From a virus (Duplodnaviria; Caudoviricetes), in the IMG/VR virus record IMGVR_UViG_3300042475_004921, positions 1 through 55,810 of that record: a stretch of DNA of 55,810 nucleotides. One strand, written 5' to 3'. Each line of letters opens with the position of its first letter. Position 1 is the first letter of the stretch. The notes under the pieces were generated by a model, which did not search any database, had not been told where the DNA came from, and was given only the letters and a program-made list of their open reading frames with translations. Made by a program: the position numbers and the translations under genes. This document shows, piece by piece, positions 8,374-17,071 of the stretch.

Positions 8374-9021
8374 TCAGATGTTACTTAAGAAATGATTGAA
8401 TATTTCTAATTTCTTTTCTTCTAATTGGCGAGATTGAACTAACTTGTTGATAGTCTTTTTAGTATTCTCAAGTAACCATTCTTTCTTTGTTACATCAAAG
8501 TACCATTCTTTGCCTTCCATAATTCCATTAACAAATGCAGTAGTACAGGAAGGATCGTGAACAATATCTGCGACAGTTGAGAACATTAGGTCATCGCCCA
8601 CGATGTTTACCCCCTCATTGGTAGATCTTAAAGAACCAACTGCTCTTGAGGAAACACCGAAAACAACACCTTCTTCGTGGAGGTTTTTTACGATGTTTCC
8701 CATTGGGGTATTGGTTATGGAAGCCTTACCATAGAAATCGTTGCCCCTTCTGGTGATAGATTCAATGATATGAGATACTCTATCATAATTAATAGTTGGG
8801 GTTGCACTATGGCCAAGCTCTCCTACTGCCCTTTTTCTATTAACAAAGTTCTCAATATAGTAGTTTACGGCATTATTAAGAGTTTGAATTGGATAAACTC
8901 TTCCATTTCTATTTTTAGTTTCAGCCTGGCAGAAAACTCCTTCAATATATAATTTCTTCTTACCGTTTACATTTTCGGTAAGCATTTTCACGTCTTGAGC
9001 TTCTTCTGTAATGAGTTTCAT
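8374..9021 (-). CDS. gp21: Prohead protease
   Basis: MKLITEE, LYIEGVF, NRNGRVYP, GELGH, DRVSH, GVSSR, DPS..AFVNGIMEGKEW. Confidence 0.97.
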   Translation of the reverse strand: MKLITEEAQDVKMLTENVNGKKKLYIEGVFCQAETKNRNGRVYPIQTLNNAVNYYIENFVNRKRAVGELGHSATPTINYDRVSHIIESITRRGNDFYGKASITNTPMGNIVKNLHEEGVVFGVSSRAVGSLRSTNEGVNIVGDDLMFSTVADIVHDPSCTTAFVNGIMEGKEWYFDVTKKEWLLENTKKTINKLVQSRQLEEKKLEIFNHFLSNI

Positions 9022-9044
9022 TAAAATTGCTTAATACTATAAAT

Positions 9045-9051
9045 TATTTAG
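9045..9051 (-). promoter_or_regulatory. Late promoter (CTAAATA) for gp21
   Basis: TATTTAG on plus strand, 23 nt upstream of the gp21 ATG. Confidence 0.65.
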
Positions 9052-9063
9052 TTGTTGGATTGA

Positions 9064-9588
9064 TTATAGTAATCCAACAATTAAAGAAGTGTCCTGTTTT
9101 ATTTTTGATAGTGCCCCTTCTGATGGAGTTAAAGGTGTGGATCCACTTGTGGGGATTCCGAGGACTGTACGAATGGCTGATTTTTCTCCGGCTGTCCAAT
9201 CTCCGCTTCCGCCACCAGAGGAATTGACGACTGTGCTTGCGGCGGATTGAATGAGCAGAACTTGGACTCCGGGACTATACGCGATCGGGTCTCCTGCTGG
9301 TCCTCCAACGAGGTTTCCTCCGGCGACCCTGGCGATATAGTTTCCTGTTGTGAAGCGAAGTTGCCAAACCCCCAATAATTCGACGGTGAGACCGACTTGA
9401 ACCCCTGGCCCGAGTTCGACGAGTCCTGTTCCTGCTGCGATTCCTTCATAGATAATTCCCTCCTCGCTCGCTTGAGCTAATTTTATTGCAGTGTAAAGTG
9501 TTGTGCAGTCAACATCGTTGACGCCGCTATCTACGTTGATAAGCGAATTTTGAAAATCAAATGTAAACGGGGCCGAATAAAAAGGCAT
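9064..9588 (-). CDS. Putative virion structural protein (insert gene 7)
   Basis: 174 aa, Gly/Val/Ser/Thr-rich, elevated GC, 3 nt from upstream gene. Confidence 0.75.
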   Translation of the reverse strand: MPFYSAPFTFDFQNSLINVDSGVNDVDCTTLYTAIKLAQASEEGIIYEGIAAGTGLVELGPGVQVGLTVELLGVWQLRFTTGNYIARVAGGNLVGGPAGDPIAYSPGVQVLLIQSAASTVVNSSGGGSGDWTAGEKSAIRTVLGIPTSGSTPLTPSEGALSKIKQDTSLIVGLL

Positions 9589-9591
9589 TTC

Positions 9592-11034
9592 TTATACATC
9601 ACTATTACGGCTGGCATTGACGCTACCCCCTGCTGCCGTTACCGAGAGCAGAGTATTGAATGGTATAATTGGAGTCGCACCGGAGCCATTTCTCACATCC
9701 ACTCTCACTGTGAAATTTGTGGAATAAATGAAAGTCACACTCTCGCTGGTTCCAGATGAAACCTTGTCAATATAAGGAACGAAAACATCATCTGCAGTTA
9801 CAATGTTTGATGCAAGACCCGGAGATAAGCCAGAGAATGTCTTGGTTCCTGCATTAAACGATGTGTAAGTGTAACGTAGATTTTTAATGCGAATTACACC
9901 GGAAGATGGAGTGTCAGTCTTAATTGATTCAACTACTTGAATTGAAGTTGCACCGCTAGATGCTGCTACCGGAGTATATTCATCTTTGAGGATACCCCCT
10001 GAGCCATTCTCTCTTGCGGCTAACACTCGGTCTCCGGCTACAAGATTCCCTAATGTGATTCCGATTATAGTAGGTGGAACTTGACTGGTTCCGTCGTGTG
10101 CTATTAGCTGATATTTTGTGGCTTCTGCTGGCAATACACCAGTTAACCACCAACCTTGAGCAACGAAGAATGTTCCCCCCGCGAAAGTACCAAATGGAGC
10201 AGATGGAATTTCTGTGTAGGCGGAGTTCAAAACTCTATAACGCCATCCTGGAATACTGTTAAGCGTTGCGGTGCTATTTTCTCGTGTAATATATTGTAAA
10301 TATTGATAAGCCTCTTGTAGTGTGCAAGAGTTGGATAAGGCAATAGTACCCTTGTATAATTTAGAGCCGTTACCATTTCCCAAATCTTGGTTTGTATCGC
10401 CAAAAGTCACCGTGACCTTACTAGACAATAGAGCGGCGTTGACTTCAGATAACACGATGTTAGAGTCAAGTGCCGTAGATAGAGCCGCATTGGATTCGCC
10501 ACCAGCCGCAAGGTTTACGTCAAAGTGTGAATAAGATTGTCCCCATTTTCGAGAAAAAGCTGTAACGTTACCCGAATCGATCAGGGATCCGCCCATACGA
10601 ACCTTTACTAAAATCTGAATGTGTCCGTTAGACCAAAATGTGGTGAGTTTAGAACCACTCTGCACAACATAAACTGGTGATGCTGATACTATACCACCGA
10701 TGGTTTTCAGGCCGGAATATTGTACTGCAGCACTCTGCTGTTTGATAGAACCAAAGTTTATAAATTGTGCTGCGGTGTCATCAAGGTTAAATGCCACCGA
10801 ACCATCGGTCAATAGGTTAAGCCTTGAGGCTACCGCTCCATCACGAGGACCATCCAGTTTAGATGGGTTAGGTGCTAAAATGTCCAGTAAATCATTACCG
10901 GATGCTGCGGCATCATCCGCTAAATCTTGTAGCCACTCATGTAGAGCTAGTACCGTATAAACCTCCGTACCGGCTCCAGCTTGGCGGCGAATATCACCCG
11001 TGGCTGAAATTGTAAAGTCTGTTGCGATAGGCAT
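9592..11034 (-). CDS. Putative virion structural protein (insert gene 6)
   Basis: 480 aa beta-rich composition; N-terminus resembles the 174-aa protein, C-terminus resembles that of the 1098-aa protein. Confidence 0.75.
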   Translation of the reverse strand: MPIATDFTISATGDIRRQAGAGTEVYTVLALHEWLQDLADDAAASGNDLLDILAPNPSKLDGPRDGAVASRLNLLTDGSVAFNLDDTAAQFINFGSIKQQSAAVQYSGLKTIGGIVSASPVYVVQSGSKLTTFWSNGHIQILVKVRMGGSLIDSGNVTAFSRKWGQSYSHFDVNLAAGGESNAALSTALDSNIVLSEVNAALLSSKVTVTFGDTNQDLGNGNGSKLYKGTIALSNSCTLQEAYQYLQYITRENSTATLNSIPGWRYRVLNSAYTEIPSAPFGTFAGGTFFVAQGWWLTGVLPAEATKYQLIAHDGTSQVPPTIIGITLGNLVAGDRVLAARENGSGGILKDEYTPVAASSGATSIQVVESIKTDTPSSGVIRIKNLRYTYTSFNAGTKTFSGLSPGLASNIVTADDVFVPYIDKVSSGTSESVTFIYSTNFTVRVDVRNGSGATPIIPFNTLLSVTAAGGSVNASRNSDV

Positions 11035-11046
11035 AGCGGTTCTCTT

Positions 11047-14000
11047 TTACTGATCGGATTCTTGTAGGGCGACAACGTTTGTTGTTGCAGTTGGAGAAAT
11101 GGATACTTGGGTTATCCAAGGCTTATATGCGGGAATACTACTCGCATTTCTGGCCTCAATTTTTACAGACCCAGTGTATTGAAAATCAAAGTTTAGGGCC
11201 GTACCACCACCACAAGATGCCTGTTGTAGCAGGCCGCCAGTATCTGCTCGTGTTACTTTTACCCGAGTTTGTGGTATAAGATTAGTTATGTTAACTAAAG
11301 ATCCTGGTAGAGGATGTTGAATCTGTTGCGAAGTTGCATCAGTTTGAATAGACATAGACAGAGCGGTTAACAAAGTTGTTGTTGCCGCTATTATCGGGTA
11401 TGTGCGTACTTGTAGTAGATACCCATTTGCTGCAGTTACCGCAACATTGACCGGAGAGAATGTAATGAATTCAAGGGTGCCAACGTTGCTCGTGAAGTTA
11501 TTAGAACATGTGATCACATCTCCAGATATATTGGTTACGGTTGTATTTTGCGGTAGTCTAAAAGAACTGGTCTGAATAAAGTCGCCAATTTGCGGTTGTC
11601 TTGTGAGAGCAATTCGGTCTGCCGTTGTTATCGTAACAGTATTATTTCCGCTTACTCCACCGGAAGCCCTACGGACTGTGTTTGCCAGAAATGACCAAGA
11701 GCCACCAAAGCCACTGCCCGTATCAATTTTATATTCAAAAATTAGGTTTTGACAATCCGTCCCCAAGACCGAGCAACCCCCGGAGAAAGCAGTGTGGCCA
11801 TACATCCTCAATGGTGTGGTCCAAGACACATTGTCAGTCAGGCGCGAGATAATCATAGATCCAGAGCCACTAAAGCCCGAGCCCGTGCCTAGTGTGGTTG
11901 AACACTGCGCCGCTGACGCGAGTGTTGGTTCGTTTGCCATAATTGTAATTCGGCCAGTGGTGGTCGAATTGTAGGCATCGTCCCAATGTGAGCCCGCGTT
12001 ACCAGACTGACCTGTGCGTTGATTGGTCCAGCGACCACCACGCGAGAGTGCGTTTGCCGTAGCTATGGTTTGTGGTGTAGTACCATCGCCCCAGACATCA
12101 TAAGCGGAAAAAACCGGCGAAGAAAGAGAATGTTGAATAACACCCAGTCGCAAGCCGGTCGCGTAGCAGCGGCGCACCTCTCCGGTTGTTCCAGCCGCGT
12201 TAGATGCGAAGATATAACCAGCGGGGTTGATTGTGCCGGCGTTGAGCGGCGCGGTGGGAGAGCCGAGGTTCCGAACGGTGAGATTGGCGGTAAACCCGAG
12301 TGTGCCCACATACTCAGTGAATGGATGATTATCGTCTATCCCCGGAATGGCAGCCATTCCGTCAACCACGATATTTGTGCCCTGCACGCCAATCGCCCGT
12401 GATGCAATTGCGGGCGTGGTGCCCGTCATATTGTCACAATGGGTGGGGGTTCCAATAGTAAAATTTTGTACGTTGAAGTTTGCCGCCCCCGAGATGAAAG
12501 TACAATCCGCGAACTCTCCACCCGACGAAATAATACTGACAACTACAGGATTAACCCCAGTAATAGGGGTGCGTTGTGACCGGCCTTGCATCACCCGAAT
12601 CTGTTCAAACCTGGAACGGTAAGCATTGATATTGGCTGAAGCTGTGGTGTTGAAAGCAATCCCCGATGCTCGTACTATTCTAGAGTCGTAGAGAAATAAA
12701 TTTGCACCATTTTGAAACGATAATGGGGAGCTGGTGGCATTTTGATATAGAGTCGGCGCGAAACATGAATTACGAATTTCAGTGTAAAAGTTTGAGATAT
12801 TGATCCCATTGACAAAAGCTGAGTTTTTAAGGGTGAATGTTATTGGAGTTGCGTTTGTAACTTGCCAGTTAAAAATAACAGTATCTTGGTTGAATACTCC
12901 CCCCTGTATATTCAGGGCGTATCTCGCTTGGTACGAGACATATTGAGAGGTGTAGTCGGCCGCCGTAGATGTGCCGAGAATTACGTTTGGGATTCTAATT
13001 TTTAGACCAGATGTGGGCTTGAAGCCCGCATTGTTTGTCCCACGTTTGGCTAATTGTACGGTTCCAGCAAAGGGGTCTGAAAAGAAAAACTTGCCGCGCA
13101 CATCGGTCGGGATGAATGTGTGGCTGTTTTGAATGACAGCCCAGAACCCCACATATACACCCTCAGACGTACTGCCAGCATAGGTTGGCAATCCGCTCGA
13201 ATAAGTCGGCGTTGCGGAATTGGCAAGGGCCACGAAACTGGTTAGCACGGTGTTGGCGACGTGATCCAGCGTAACTTCGATTTGATACCAGCCGCCACCC
13301 AGCGATGTGATGGAAGAACTCACACCTGTTGGCGAACCGACACTTGGGTTGGCGATAATCGTACCCGCCACCAGATCAACCAGGGCACCGTAGCGGGTAG
13401 CACCCCCACTGGTGGATAGCTGAACCACGCACCATTGACGTGTTTCCTGCCTGACGATTGCGCGATGTGTATAAGACCCCGCTTCCATCTGCGCGGCTAG
13501 CAGGGTTTGGCCGTTCCACGAGTGAACCCCGTTCGCCACAGTCTCCCGCACACGCTCCGCCGCTGGATAATTCGCAGGTCCGGCGATTGCGTTTCTCGTG
13601 AAGGTCGTGTTTGTATTTCCCGAACCTATGTCGGTGTTCGGGTATAGGCCATTCCAAGCGTCTGCCGCATTGGCCCACCACTCATAAACTCCCGATCCCG
13701 GCGCAGTCTCAACCTGCACTGCCGGAAATTCATCGCGCACCGGCATCTGGATTGTCTGATTGTCGGTGCCGTCAGTCGTGCCGATTTCATACCAGTCACC
13801 TATCACAGAGGCGTTTGCCATGCGGGGCGTATTCATGGTGGAACCCGACTGCCCCACCAGATGAATCCAACTGCGCCTGCCCACATTGGCGGCGATGATA
13901 GTTGCCCCACCAGGCAGCGTGATTGTCTCGCCAGCTTGGAAATTCCCGGTCCTGGACCGCAGCTTAATGAAGCCCGCCATAGGCATGGCAGCGCCCGCTA

Positions 14001-14343
14001 CAGCCGGGGTGAACGATCCGCTAGCCCATACGCGGGACAGTTCGCCTGTCGCCCCGCTGGTGCCGCCTGTGACCATGTTGGACCCAAGGGTCGCTTGTGC
14101 CGGCACGTTGCCAGACGACGATGAAAACGGTACTTCCCAAATCTGCGTACCGTCAATCGCAACCACGCCGCCGAGCGTAGATGAAACAGTGATGTTTCCG
14201 AAGACTGCCGCTTGTTGGTTAAACCGCGTATCTGCATCAATCGTCAGCGACCCACCGTTAATGTTGATAGTTTCCCCGTTGAGCAGACCAGAGATTGAAT
14301 CGCTGTCGTAATTAACAGTGGTTGTGATAGTTTGGTTGGCCAT
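11047..14343 (-). CDS. Large fibre/spike-like structural protein (insert gene 5)
   Basis: 1098 aa, T/S/G/A/N-rich, beta-helix-like middle, internal SITSLGGGWYQIEVT...GVYV module; GC-rich codons. Confidence 0.75.
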   Translation of the reverse strand: MANQTITTTVNYDSDSISGLLNGETININGGSLTIDADTRFNQQAAVFGNITVSSTLGGVVAIDGTQIWEVPFSSSSGNVPAQATLGSNMVTGGTSGATGELSRVWASGSFTPAVAGAAMPMAGFIKLRSRTGNFQAGETITLPGGATIIAANVGRRSWIHLVGQSGSTMNTPRMANASVIGDWYEIGTTDGTDNQTIQMPVRDEFPAVQVETAPGSGVYEWWANAADAWNGLYPNTDIGSGNTNTTFTRNAIAGPANYPAAERVRETVANGVHSWNGQTLLAAQMEAGSYTHRAIVRQETRQWCVVQLSTSGGATRYGALVDLVAGTIIANPSVGSPTGVSSSITSLGGGWYQIEVTLDHVANTVLTSFVALANSATPTYSSGLPTYAGSTSEGVYVGFWAVIQNSHTFIPTDVRGKFFFSDPFAGTVQLAKRGTNNAGFKPTSGLKIRIPNVILGTSTAADYTSQYVSYQARYALNIQGGVFNQDTVIFNWQVTNATPITFTLKNSAFVNGINISNFYTEIRNSCFAPTLYQNATSSPLSFQNGANLFLYDSRIVRASGIAFNTTASANINAYRSRFEQIRVMQGRSQRTPITGVNPVVVSIISSGGEFADCTFISGAANFNVQNFTIGTPTHCDNMTGTTPAIASRAIGVQGTNIVVDGMAAIPGIDDNHPFTEYVGTLGFTANLTVRNLGSPTAPLNAGTINPAGYIFASNAAGTTGEVRRCYATGLRLGVIQHSLSSPVFSAYDVWGDGTTPQTIATANALSRGGRWTNQRTGQSGNAGSHWDDAYNSTTTGRITIMANEPTLASAAQCSTTLGTGSGFSGSGSMIISRLTDNVSWTTPLRMYGHTAFSGGCSVLGTDCQNLIFEYKIDTGSGFGGSWSFLANTVRRASGGVSGNNTVTITTADRIALTRQPQIGDFIQTSSFRLPQNTTVTNISGDVITCSNNFTSNVGTLEFITFSPVNVAVTAANGYLLQVRTYPIIAATTTLLTALSMSIQTDATSQQIQHPLPGSLVNITNLIPQTRVKVTRADTGGLLQQASCGGGTALNFDFQYTGSVKIEARNASSIPAYKPWITQVSISPTATTNVVALQESDQ

Positions 14344-14344
14344 T

Positions 14345-15190
14345 CTATAGTATCACCTCGGATATATTAACGAGTCTTTCTTGGGCATCGTAAGTAAAAA
14401 TCTTTCGCAGAGTTTGGGTTCCGCTTGCATGGTTGGATTGTGTAAGTTTGCCTCCAACATCGTAAGTCAAAGTTTTTATGCTTCCATTGAAATATGTTAA
14501 AGATTCAACTCTTCCTTGTGCATCATAAACTATCGTTGGGGACTTTCCTATAAATGGGTTAGTCTGTGATGTAATACCGGTTAGTTCTGAACCATCTCCC
14601 ACAAATTTTGTGGCGGTTACAATTCCGGCATTCACGTTATTTATATTGAGATTGCCTAAAACTGCTACATTCCCTTTGAATTGAGTATTAGTTCCAGCAA
14701 AGCTAACGACAGTATCACCAGAGGATGATAAAATATTATTGCCACCTATTCTTATTTTTCCACTGAATGATGTGATTCCGGTATTGGAACCATTACCAAT
14801 ATAAAAGGAAGTTGGACTGTAAATTAGACGATCTGGGCTAATTTGAATGCTGCTTCCAATTGATAAATTTTCAATTAATGGATTATAGGTTAAACCATAA
14901 TTTGTATAGAGTGATTCTTTAGACGCTGGAGTATTATCTGAATCAACTAAAGTTAGATAGAGTGTTGCATTGGAATTATTACTTTGTGTGTAGATAGTGT
15001 ATGCGCTATCTGCCATAGGGTCTTGAATGGTACTAACGAGTATATCTTCTTCCGAATTATCAAAAGTTAGCTGTAGAGCCGCATCAGTAGTATTACTTTC
15101 TGTGTGAATATTGTAAACGCTATTTTCCCGAACTATGCTTACAGATCTAGAGCTATTTGGTTCAAAACGTACTCTATAACCTTCAATCAT
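14345..15190 (-). CDS. Fibre-like protein with C-terminal YD-like repeats
   Basis: Cyanophage fibre motif GIVTATKFVGDGSELTGI followed by YDAQGRV, TYDVGGKL, TYDAQERL. Confidence 0.7.
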   Translation of the reverse strand: MIEGYRVRFEPNSSRSVSIVRENSVYNIHTESNTTDAALQLTFDNSEEDILVSTIQDPMADSAYTIYTQSNNSNATLYLTLVDSDNTPASKESLYTNYGLTYNPLIENLSIGSSIQISPDRLIYSPTSFYIGNGSNTGITSFSGKIRIGGNNILSSSGDTVVSFAGTNTQFKGNVAVLGNLNINNVNAGIVTATKFVGDGSELTGITSQTNPFIGKSPTIVYDAQGRVESLTYFNGSIKTLTYDVGGKLTQSNHASGTQTLRKIFTYDAQERLVNISEVIL

Positions 15191-15519
15191 ACCGATGAAG
15201 TATCCTCTACCATGATTGTGCCCTTAACGGGCTTAATTGTCTCAAATTGATTAGTAAGAAGTATATCAAAGTAGTTTCTACCGGTGGATAAAAGTTTTGT
15301 GGTTTCTTTATTCATACTAATAGTAACACGTCCGGTTCCGCCTAAAACCTCAGCAACGAAAGAGTTGAATTTGGCAGAAGCTGGATATTTTCTTATTTTG
15401 GCTGTTGCAACATAACCGTTTATTGGTAGCGGTTGTCCATCAAAAGAGTCAATCAAAAAAGATACAGAAAAATCTGTACCCTTTTCAATAGTAATTCCGG
15501 TGATTTCTTGGGTTGCCAT
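15187..15519 (-). CDS. Small virion structural/adaptor protein (Ig-like)
   Basis: IEKGTDFS...GY.ATAKIRK...GRVTISM...T..L..GR.YFDILL...VKG pattern, common beside cyanophage fibre genes. Confidence 0.7.
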   Translation of the reverse strand: MATQEITGITIEKGTDFSVSFLIDSFDGQPLPINGYVATAKIRKYPASAKFNSFVAEVLGGTGRVTISMNKETTKLLSTGRNYFDILLTNQFETIKPVKGTIMVEDTSSV

Positions 15520-15525
15520 GTCTTA

Positions 15526-15792
15526 TCAGTTAGTAAACCCAACTTTATTGACCTTAATCGCTGAACTTGTAAAAATGACTTCCGTAGGCAGTTTTTGTAA
15601 AAATTCTACGCTATAACGGGGAATAGTAAAAGAATTTGAAGTGCTCGCTCCAACAGATGTTGAAATGCTGACTATAATTTCACCACCAGTATCGTTGCAA
15701 ACTCTAACACAGGTTGCCGAATTGAGACTTGTTGCAGTTCCGGTTGTAGTTGGGGTTGAAACCTGGGTTTCAATTAGCTTTGTAATTTGCAT
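15526..15792 (-). CDS. Small conserved cyanophage head-region protein
   Basis: 88 aa, ATCVRV.N...FT.P...VEFL.K...VGFT; preceded by a perfect late promoter. Confidence 0.7.
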   Translation of the reverse strand: MQITKLIETQVSTPTTTGTATSLNSATCVRVCNDTGGEIIVSISTSVGASTSNSFTIPRYSVEFLQKLPTEVIFTSSAIKVNKVGFTN

Positions 15793-15815
15793 TATTATAG
15801 ATCATTCTTATGTAT

Positions 15816-15823
15816 TATTTATA
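15816..15823 (-). promoter_or_regulatory. Late promoter TATAAATA
   Basis: Exact T4 late consensus 23 nt upstream of ATG 15792. Confidence 0.75.
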
Positions 15824-15826
15824 AAT

Positions 15827-17071
15827 TTATCTACTGATCTCTTCCCAATCCATAGAACCATGTATACTAGAGTTGCCTAAACTTGCGGCAGCCGCTAAAG
15901 TTAATTCAAATGGTGAATTTTTCAGGCCGTCTCTTTCCAGTTGAAACTTAAATAGAGACTCCTTTAGAATATCTACAACAGTCTTAGAATGATTTGAGGC
16001 ACTGAGATACCCTGATGCTAAAACATGTCCTCCAGTCAAACTTTCACCGTTAAGTTTATATTCAATTGAAGAGTTTATTCCCGAATCAATCCAAGTTCCA
16101 CCGCTTGTTGTTCCTTTTGAAACAACTTTCCAATTGTAGTTAGAATTATTCGTAATACCCATAATGGACAATGCAGTGAGAATTACTATTGCATCTAATC
16201 TATTCGGTGTTGCTTTCAGTCTAATTGAAATAATAGGATATAAAATTCCCGCGACCGGTAGATTTACTGGACCTGTGATGGGCGTACCAATAGTTTGTTG
16301 GAATCCTCTTAATTCATAACCACCCTCAGAAATTACGGTTGAACAAACTTGTTTCAATGTACTTGAACTGGTTGTAATTCCTGTATTAGAAATTTCATAC
16401 CTTAAGGGTAAGCTAGCGGTTGTTATGTAAGTTGTTTGGATTCTATTTGCATGGTGAAAGGAATGTGCATGAATATATTTACCGTCTATTACAAATCCGG
16501 CTCTGACTGTTCCCTCTCCCAACCATTGAATATCTGTCCAGAAAATTTGAGCCTTAGAAACATCCAATTTAATTCCAGATGGATTAGATACACCAGCTCC
16601 GGTTAAGGTATCAATATTCCATGAAGACTGTGGAACTCTTGTTTCGGAGACTATTCCAGTGACATTACTTCTTTCTACGATGTTTACAATATTTCCATCT
16701 TGTTCAAAATATATTCCATTATCATCTCCAAAATAACCAATTCTTTGGCGAAGATTTGGTTTTGGTGCATTCATAATTCCAGTATTTTCAATGGTTAAAC
16801 CCTTACCTGGCTGATAAGAGATTACTTTAGTTGTTTCTCTTATTATTTGACTTGTAGAACCAGTACCAACCGTGAGATCAACCAGCCCCTGGTATTGATT
16901 AAATGAAAATGTGCTACCCGCACCGACAACTATAGTTGACCATAAATTATTATCTCTATAACGGTGACTTGAATCAAATAAGGTTAAAGGGTTTGAAACC
17001 TTTAGCCTTCCAAATGCATCATATAAATTTTTACTTGGTTCATATAAATGAGACATTAGATTATTCTCCAA
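15827..17071 (-). CDS. Putative virion structural protein (beta-sandwich/lectin-like)
   Basis: 414 aa, DAFGRLKVSNPLTLFDSSHRY, YQPGK, RIGYF, DIQWLG.G.VR.GF, ASLPLRYEI, WEEI C-terminus. Confidence 0.7.
   Translation of the reverse strand: MENNLMSHLYEPSKNLYDAFGRLKVSNPLTLFDSSHRYRDNNLWSTIVVGAGSTFSFNQYQGLVDLTVGTGSTSQIIRETTKVISYQPGKGLTIENTGIMNAPKPNLRQRIGYFGDDNGIYFEQDGNIVNIVERSNVTGIVSETRVPQSSWNIDTLTGAGVSNPSGIKLDVSKAQIFWTDIQWLGEGTVRAGFVIDGKYIHAHSFHHANRIQTTYITTASLPLRYEISNTGITTSSSTLKQVCSTVISEGGYELRGFQQTIGTPITGPVNLPVAGILYPIISIRLKATPNRLDAIVILTALSIMGITNNSNYNWKVVSKGTTSGGTWIDSGINSSIEYKLNGESLTGGHVLASGYLSASNHSKTVVDILKESLFKFQLERDGLKNSPFELTLAAAASLGNSSIHGSMDWEEISR

Noticed and set aside
11079-14311. Many overlapping alternative-frame and antisense ORFs in the GC-rich gene (e.g. 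12019..12402, 13886..14311, 13376..13681)
   Set aside because: Expected shadow ORFs where GC is high and stop codons are scarce; no recognisable motifs or expression signals
14345-14545. Rhs/YD polymorphic toxin
   Set aside because: Only three YD-like units; no Rhs core motif, toxin tip or immunity gene
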